Source: an archaeon (GTDB lineage: Archaea > B1Sed10-29 > JAJRYS01). From it: a stretch of DNA of 20,388 nt. Position 1 is the stretch's first letter; each line of letters begins with the position of its first letter. A model generated the notes under the pieces. It did not search any database. It saw nothing but the letters and a program-made list of their open reading frames with translations, and was not told where the DNA came from. The stretch lies in contig JAVYMF010000006.1 in NCBI GenBank assembly GCA_038736665.1, positions 1 through 20,388 of the forward strand, given 5' to 3'. This document shows, piece by piece, positions 16,505 to 20,388 of this stretch. The translations under genes and the position numbers were made by a program.

Positions 16505-16558
16505 CTGTCGGTGCGCTGCTTGGGAGGTTTAAAAAAGCCGCGGTTCTTAATACAGCGC

Positions 16559-17455
16559 ATGATTGAAGTAACGTTCCTGGGGACCGCTGCGTCGCTGCCT
16601 ACAAGAGAACGAAATTTGTTCAGTGTGCACGTTAAGCACTTGAATAACCGCATGCTTTTCGACTGCGGCGAAGGCACGCAGCGCCAGATGTTCAGCGCGG
16701 GAATTTCGCCTTTCAAGATAAGCAATGTGTTCATCACGCACTTGCATGCAGACCATTTTCTCGGGCTGGCAGGGCTGATTCAGACGCTTAATTTCCTGCA
16801 GAGGGAAGAGCCGCTGCACGTTTACGGGCCGACGAAAATAAAGAAATATGTCGACTTCTTCAGCAATTGGGACTACTTTGCGCCTTCTTATGAGATAATC
16901 TCTAAGGAAGTGAAGGAAGGCCTCGTGTTCGAAAACGCTGATTACAGCGTCGCGGCGTTCGAGCAGAAGCATTCTTGCCCTTGCTTCGGGTACGTGTTCG
17001 AAGAAAAAACCGAGCTGAACGTTGATAAGGCAAAGTTCAAGAAATTCGGATTGAAAGAAGGGCCCCTTATCAGAGAGATAAAAGAAAAAGGAAAAGTGCA
17101 TGTCGGCGGCCGAGTCGTCCGTTTGGAGGACATAGCTAAGCCGATAAGGCCCGGCAAGAAGATAGTAATTTCCGTCGACACCGTGCCTAACCCTAACATC
17201 GTGAAGTTCGCGAAGAACGCTGACGTCCTGATCAGCGAAGCCACGCACATGGACGACCTTAAAGAGCGAAGCCATGAGTACGGGCACATGACGGCCAAGG
17301 ACGCTGCGCGGTTAGCTAAGGAAGCAGACGTCGGGCGTCTCTTATTATCGCATTTCAGCGCGCGCTACGAGGACGTGAAAGCGCTTGAAAAAGAGGCTAG
17401 GGAAATCTTTAAAAACACGACAGCAGCGACTGATCTGATGACCATCCAAGTTTAG
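16559..17455 (+). CDS. rnz: Ribonuclease Z (tRNA 3' endonuclease, metallo-beta-lactamase fold).
   Basis: MIEVTFLGTAASLPTRERNLFSVHV...MLFDCGEGTQRQMF...ITHLHADHFLGL (HxHxDH motif)...HMTAKDAARLA. The length is about 298 aa, typical of short-form RNase Z. ATG is at 16559, and the track ORF from 16451 is over-extended. Confidence 0.9.
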   Translation: MIEVTFLGTAASLPTRERNLFSVHVKHLNNRMLFDCGEGTQRQMFSAGISPFKISNVFITHLHADHFLGLAGLIQTLNFLQREEPLHVYGPTKIKKYVDFFSNWDYFAPSYEIISKEVKEGLVFENADYSVAAFEQKHSCPCFGYVFEEKTELNVDKAKFKKFGLKEGPLIREIKEKGKVHVGGRVVRLEDIAKPIRPGKKIVISVDTVPNPNIVKFAKNADVLISEATHMDDLKERSHEYGHMTAKDAARLAKEADVGRLLLSHFSARYEDVKALEKEAREIFKNTTAATDLMTIQV

Positions 17456-17459
17456 CGCG

Positions 17460-17711
17460 CTATTCTTCTTTGAATACAAGGTCTCCTGCTTTCACGGGCT
17501 GGTCAACTTTCATGCCTATTGATTCGCCGGCTTTCGCTTCCTCGATGTTCTTGTGCTCTACTTGCATCGAACCTACGCTCTGCGTGAAGTTCGTGTTAGG
17601 ACCCTCTATGGATATCGTGTCTCCCACTCTAAGAGTTCCTTTCAGCTCCACTACTGCGACGCTTATCTTGTTGAAAAAGTGGGTCACTTTCCCGACGGGC
17701 GTTTTAGCCAT
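17460..17711 (-). CDS. Small stand-alone beta-barrel protein resembling domain II of EF-Tu/EF-1alpha-type translation factors.
   Basis: The ORF is 83 aa: GKVTHFFNKISVAVVELKGTLRVGDTISIEGPNTNFTQSVGSMQVEHKNIEEAKAGESIGMKVDQPVKAGDLVFKE. It follows the EF-Tu domain 2 pattern (G.V..G.L.VGD.V.I.G....T.V.S.E....A.AG.N.G.....GD.V). It has an ATG start. Confidence 0.5.
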   Translation of the reverse strand: MAKTPVGKVTHFFNKISVAVVELKGTLRVGDTISIEGPNTNFTQSVGSMQVEHKNIEEAKAGESIGMKVDQPVKAGDLVFKEE

Positions 17712-17746
17712 TCAAAACCACCGATAATATTGCGTTTTCCAAGCAT

Positions 17747-17779
17747 AAAAGGCTTACATTTGCACTGCGTTAGCCTTTT
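17747..17779. other. Perfect 8-bp inverted repeat (AAAAGGCT ... AGCCTTTT) with a 17-nt spacer in a divergent intergenic region.
   Basis: Seen directly in the sequence. It lies between the minus-strand beta-barrel gene start (17711) and the plus-strand Gly-zipper gene (17816). It is immediately followed by TTTTATT, which could be a TATA box at about -30 for the plus-strand gene. Confidence 0.35.
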
Positions 17780-17815
17780 ATTGCCTCTCCTTGTTTCAAT
17801 AAGGGGTGCGTTTTG

Positions 17816-18127
17816 ATGGCTGTTGTTGAAGTAAGGTCATGCGACGTTTGGACCGCTGGAAAAATAGGCGCCGCCTTGGGCTTCATCTGGGGGGCGATAG
17901 CGGGCCTTGTGCGGGCGGTTGCCGGCGGCACTTTGTTCGGCTCGTCTGTGCTCGGAATTCAGGGCTACTCAGCCGCGGGCATTGTCGGCTTCTTCGTGAT
18001 TTGGATGGCTGCCATAGCAGTGTACACTACTACGGGGCTGGTCGGCGGCATGCTTGCGTCGTTGATGTATAACTTCGCGGCCAGCAGGATAGGCGGAATC
18101 AAGCTAAAAATCAAAACTAAGGAATAA
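17816..18127 (+). CDS. Small glycine-zipper (GxxxG-rich) membrane protein.
   Basis: The ORF is about 103 aa with at least two TM helices rich in GxxxG/AxxxG and a K-rich C-terminus. ATG at 17816 (TTG at 17813 also possible) is preceded by AAGGGGTG (SD) 7 nt upstream. It lies 25 nt upstream of the next gene on the same strand. Confidence 0.5.
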   Translation: MAVVEVRSCDVWTAGKIGAALGFIWGAIAGLVRAVAGGTLFGSSVLGIQGYSAAGIVGFFVIWMAAIAVYTTTGLVGGMLASLMYNFAASRIGGIKLKIKTKE

Positions 18128-18152
18128 AAACAAAAAAGGAGATAATAATTTC

Positions 18153-18926
18153 ATGCCAATTTCAAGGGCTTTTGCTCTTTTCATAATGCTGTTGGCGACG
18201 CCGCTTGCAGTCGTGACGCTCGAGCATGACGTGATACTTAAGGTGAATTCTGACAACAGCGCTTCAGTTACAGAACGCTATTTGCTGGGCCTGAACGAGA
18301 ATGAAACTGCGTTATTCAACAAAATTTCGGAAAGCAACGTCAACAGCATAACAGAATGGCAGAAGCTTCTTCCCGGGATGAACGCTTACGTGCTCGGCGA
18401 AACGCCTTCATTCCAGATAAGCACGTCCACAGCCAGCGGGGGACAGTTTGGAAACGAAGTGAAAATAGAGTATTCGATAGTAAATTTTTCTTCGAAAGTA
18501 GAGACAAGCGGCAGGTATGAAGTGTACAGGATAAACGGGACACAGTTCAGGTTCTACGACGCGAACACAGGCATATTCAGTATCGGCTCAGCTGACCTGA
18601 CGATAATACTGCCTGACGAAGTCACAAGCGCCAACATCCTTGAAACAACCCCTAAGCCGTGGATATCAAGCGGCAACTCCTTGCGGTGGATAAGCGGCAC
18701 AAGCACCAATTCTTTCACCGTCGTTTACAGAAAGGAAATCAAGATAAGCGAAAGCTTTGACTTCAACAGGCTAATCGAAACGTACTTCGTCAAAAACCCG
18801 TTTTACGGAGGGCTCATAGTGGCGGTGGTCATCGTGAGCATAGCGTACAGGAAGCAAATCATTTCACTCATAAGCGAGTCGTTTTCCTCGGAAGAAGAAA
18901 TACAACCGCCGAAACGCGAGTCATAA
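18153..18926 (+). CDS. Secreted, C-terminally membrane-anchored protein with a Sec-type signal peptide and several N-glycosylation sequons (unknown family).
   Basis: The N-terminus MPISRAFALFIMLLATPLAVVTL is a signal peptide. A beta-rich ectodomain of about 200 aa carries the N-x-S/T sites NETA, NFSS, NGTQ and NSIT. The C-terminal TM segment is GGLIVAVVIVSIAY, followed by a charged tail. A strong SD (AAGGAG, 18136..18141) lies 11 nt upstream of the ATG. Confidence 0.6.
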   Translation: MPISRAFALFIMLLATPLAVVTLEHDVILKVNSDNSASVTERYLLGLNENETALFNKISESNVNSITEWQKLLPGMNAYVLGETPSFQISTSTASGGQFGNEVKIEYSIVNFSSKVETSGRYEVYRINGTQFRFYDANTGIFSIGSADLTIILPDEVTSANILETTPKPWISSGNSLRWISGTSTNSFTVVYRKEIKISESFDFNRLIETYFVKNPFYGGLIVAVVIVSIAYRKQIISLISESFSSEEEIQPPKRES

Positions 18927-19481
18927 AGAGTAAACAAGGCTCGCCAGCAAAAACGCTAAAACCGAGCCGGCAATCACTTGCGCCCAAGTATGGACCTTCA
19001 TTCTCACGCGCATCCACATCACAGGAACGACTAACAAATGGAAGACATTGGCTTCTGGACCGAGTACGAACGAAAGCGCCGTAATTGGCAAAGTCACGCC
19101 TGACGCGTGCATGCTTATTTTCCACTTCGTGTTGATTAACGAAAACGCCGCGAACATCAACAGGTAGCTCAGCGAAATGTCAAACATAATCCTGTTTTTC
19201 AACGTGAGAAAGACCGCTGTCGAAACAAACGCTCCTGCTACCGTGGAGTCGTATAAAAGCTGGCGCGTTTTCCTGTCGGAAACGTTCAAATCCGCTTTGT
19301 TCCCCCTCCATAAGTAAATCACGGACGCCGTGGGAAGCAGAACCACCAGAACCGCGAAAATCAGCAGATTAACAGAACAGACAAGCGGGTTTTCTGAGGA
19401 CAAAAGGCTGAAGGCGATGCCTGCGTAAAAAGCCGTGGCTGTAACGCTTGAAAACAGCGAGAAAATTTCAATAGGTTTCAT
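18921..19481 (-). CDS. Polytopic membrane protein, with a possible degenerate PAP2-like phosphatase motif set.
   Basis: The ORF is 186 aa with about 6 TM helices. KISMHASG...RVRMKVHTWAQVIAG loosely resembles PAP2 motifs 2 and 3 (PSGH / SR...H...D) with the Asp replaced. ATG at 19481 overlaps the stop of the upstream PIN gene (ATGA) and has a perfect SD (AAGGTGA) 4-5 nt upstream, so the two are translationally coupled. Confidence 0.5.
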   Translation of the reverse strand: MKPIEIFSLFSSVTATAFYAGIAFSLLSSENPLVCSVNLLIFAVLVVLLPTASVIYLWRGNKADLNVSDRKTRQLLYDSTVAGAFVSTAVFLTLKNRIMFDISLSYLLMFAAFSLINTKWKISMHASGVTLPITALSFVLGPEANVFHLLVVPVMWMRVRMKVHTWAQVIAGSVLAFLLASLVYSL

Positions 19482-19867
19482 TCTTTCACCTTGAATTTTT
19501 TCTTCTCGTTGATTTTGCCGCGCGCCACGCCTTCGTACTCGATGTTCAAATGCGCGGCCAGGTTCTGCAGAGAAAAGTCGTCAGTGACCAGCTTCGCGTG
19601 CAGGTCGAAAGCCAGCGCGACGACGCCGACGTCCGTCTCGCTAAGTTTCTTCAAAGCGCCTATTTCGCGCGCCACCATGCGGACATACTCAGTCATTTCC
19701 TCTGACGCCGATGAAACCCGTAAAGAGCCTTTCGCCCGCGCGGCGTCCGCGACTGAGCGCGAGCGCGCGTCTTTCAGCTCGTTCAGAACGTCTTGTGTCG
19801 TGAACGCCTCGCTTTCTTCGAGAATCTGCGAGTTGATGAACGCGGCGCTGTCCAGCACGATTTTCAT
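19478..19867 (-). CDS. Nob1-like PIN-domain endonuclease (the 18S/16S rRNA 3'-end maturation nuclease family) that lacks the usual C-terminal zinc ribbon.
   Basis: The N-terminus MKIVLDSAAFI..., then TTQDVLNELKD, then LSETDVGVVALAFDLHAKLVTDDFSLQNLAAHLNIEY, match the archaeal Nob1 PIN blocks (V(L/I)D.SAFI, TT..V..E.., LS.TD..V.ALA.EL...L.TDDY.IQNVA). The protein has no Cys at all. The preferred start is ATG at 19867, with TATA about 29 nt upstream. An alternative start is ATG at 19885. Confidence 0.65.
   Translation of the reverse strand: MKIVLDSAAFINSQILEESEAFTTQDVLNELKDARSRSVADAARAKGSLRVSSASEEMTEYVRMVAREIGALKKLSETDVGVVALAFDLHAKLVTDDFSLQNLAAHLNIEYEGVARGKINEKKKFKVKE
19486..19492 (-). promoter_or_regulatory. 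Shine-Dalgarno sequence (AAGGTGA) for the membrane-protein gene downstream of nob1-like. It is representative of GGTG-type SDs in this window; others are at 3134..3139 (-), 17802..17808 (+) and 18136..18141 (+).
   Basis: A perfect match to the complement of the archaeal 16S 3' end (..CACCUCC) lies 4-5 nt before the ATG and overlaps the end of the upstream gene. Confidence 0.55.
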
Positions 19868-19890
19868 AATGCTTTTAATATACATGATGG

Positions 19891-19902
19891 CTAATAAAAA
19901 CG
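19891..19902. promoter_or_regulatory. Shared AT-rich TATA element between divergent nob1-like and pheS genes.
   Basis: CTAATAAAAACG is centred about 29 nt from the nob1-like ATG at 19867 and about 33 nt from the pheS ATG at 19929. Confidence 0.45.
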
Positions 19903-19928
19903 CTCGTTTTCAGCACACTGAACGAACG

Positions 19929-20388
19929 ATGGTAAAAATGAACCTGACAAACCAAGAGAAGAAAGTCCTCCTTTCGCTTCAGAAAAAACCGAAGCAGACG
20001 ATAAGCGAGCTGATGCAGTCCGCAGGCCTGCCTGAAGCGGGCGTGAACCGGGCTGTCGCGTGGCTGAACGAGAAAAAGCTTTGCGAAATCGAAGAGCAGA
20101 CGAAAGAAACCATCACTCTGGACGAGGAAGGGCTGAATTACCACTCGCGCGGACTTCCTGAACGCGTGTTATTGAATGAAATAAGGAACTCGCCGAAAAG
20201 CGTCCGCGAGCTCACGAAGAAGTACGGCGAAGATGCTGTGAAAATCGGCACCGTGTGGCTCCGCAAACTGAACGCAGCCATGATAATCAACGGGAACGTA
20301 ACGATAACGCCGAACGGAAAAAAACTGCTTGACAAGAAAACGCCTCACGAAGAAATACTGGCGCTGATTCACGCCGGCAAAAGCGTGC
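19929..20388 (+). CDS. pheS: Phenylalanine--tRNA ligase alpha subunit, N-terminal winged-helix region. This is the 5' part only, and the gene runs off the right edge.
   Basis: Hand translation gives MVKMNLTNQEKKVLLSLQKKPKQTISELMQSAGLPEAGVNRAVAWLNEKKLCEIEEQTKETITLDEEGLNYHSRGLPERVLLNEIRNSPKSVRELTKKYGEDAVKIGTVWLRKLNAAMIINGNVTITPNGKKLL. This matches the archaeal PheS N-terminus (...EKKVLLAL...LPERRLL...). The frame is open to the end of the window, and a TATA box lies about 33 nt upstream. Confidence 0.75.
   Translation, partial: MVKMNLTNQEKKVLLSLQKKPKQTISELMQSAGLPEAGVNRAVAWLNEKKLCEIEEQTKETITLDEEGLNYHSRGLPERVLLNEIRNSPKSVRELTKKYGEDAVKIGTVWLRKLNAAMIINGNVTITPNGKKLLDKKTPHEEILALIHAGKSV

Noticed and set aside
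16451-16558. 36-aa N-terminal extension of RNase Z and the 79-aa version of the RHH ORF reaching 16496.
   Set aside because: The two track ORFs would overlap head-to-head (16451..16496). RNase Z family alignment starts at MIEVTFLGT and the RHH beta-strand starts right after MNDDN. Both extensions also run across the intergenic TATA region.
16547-17287. 246-aa minus-strand ORF.
   Set aside because: It is entirely antisense to the RNase Z gene, whose protein has unmistakable family motifs (HxHxDH). Such shadow ORFs arise readily on the non-coding strand of genes with codon composition like this. It has no motifs or regulatory signals of its own.
19875-20372. Three minus-strand ORFs (89, 65 and 67 aa).
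   Set aside because: They are antisense to the pheS 5' region, whose plus-strand translation matches the PheS alpha N-terminus and is open to the window end.
1-20388. CRISPR arrays, IS elements/transposases, integrases and tRNA genes.
   Set aside because: I found no direct repeat arrays and no terminal inverted repeats flanking any gene. I found no DDE/tyrosine recombinase-like motifs in any ORF. No intergenic region is long enough or structured like a tRNA.

Overview
This is a densely coding archaeal chromosomal segment with about 24 protein genes, no rRNA or tRNA, no CRISPR array and no obvious mobile element. Archaeal origin is supported by RNA polymerase subunit L (Rpo11), exosome subunit Csl4, a membrane-bound LonB protease, a Sec11-type signal peptidase, class III (archaeal pilin-type) signal peptides, TATA boxes about 26-29 nt upstream of the start codons of first genes, and GGTG/GGAGG Shine-Dalgarno motifs before internal operon genes. 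Housekeeping genes are csl4-rpoL, a YchF/OLA1 GTPase, RNase Z, a Nob1-like PIN nuclease and the 5' part of pheS. Three accessory-looking modules stand out. (i) Two tandem, diverged paralogous cysteine-rich, heavily N-glycosylation-sequon-decorated surface proteins with class III signal peptides and PKD, MopE-like and DUF4215-like repeats lie directly downstream of an unusual Sec11-type signal peptidase. This is my top candidate for an undescribed cell-surface or adhesion system. (ii) A four-gene translationally coupled protease operon (M29 aminopeptidase, TldD, PmbA/TldE, LonB) has a ribbon-helix-helix regulator gene upstream. (iii) A membrane-organisation cluster contains two coiled-coil proteins, a SpoIIM-like protein, an SPFH/stomatin protein and a DUF373-like protein. 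All assignments come from reading motifs in the supplied translations, since no searches could be run. Starts were re-derived by hand, because the ORF track translates GTG/TTG starts as M and over-extends several N-termini.
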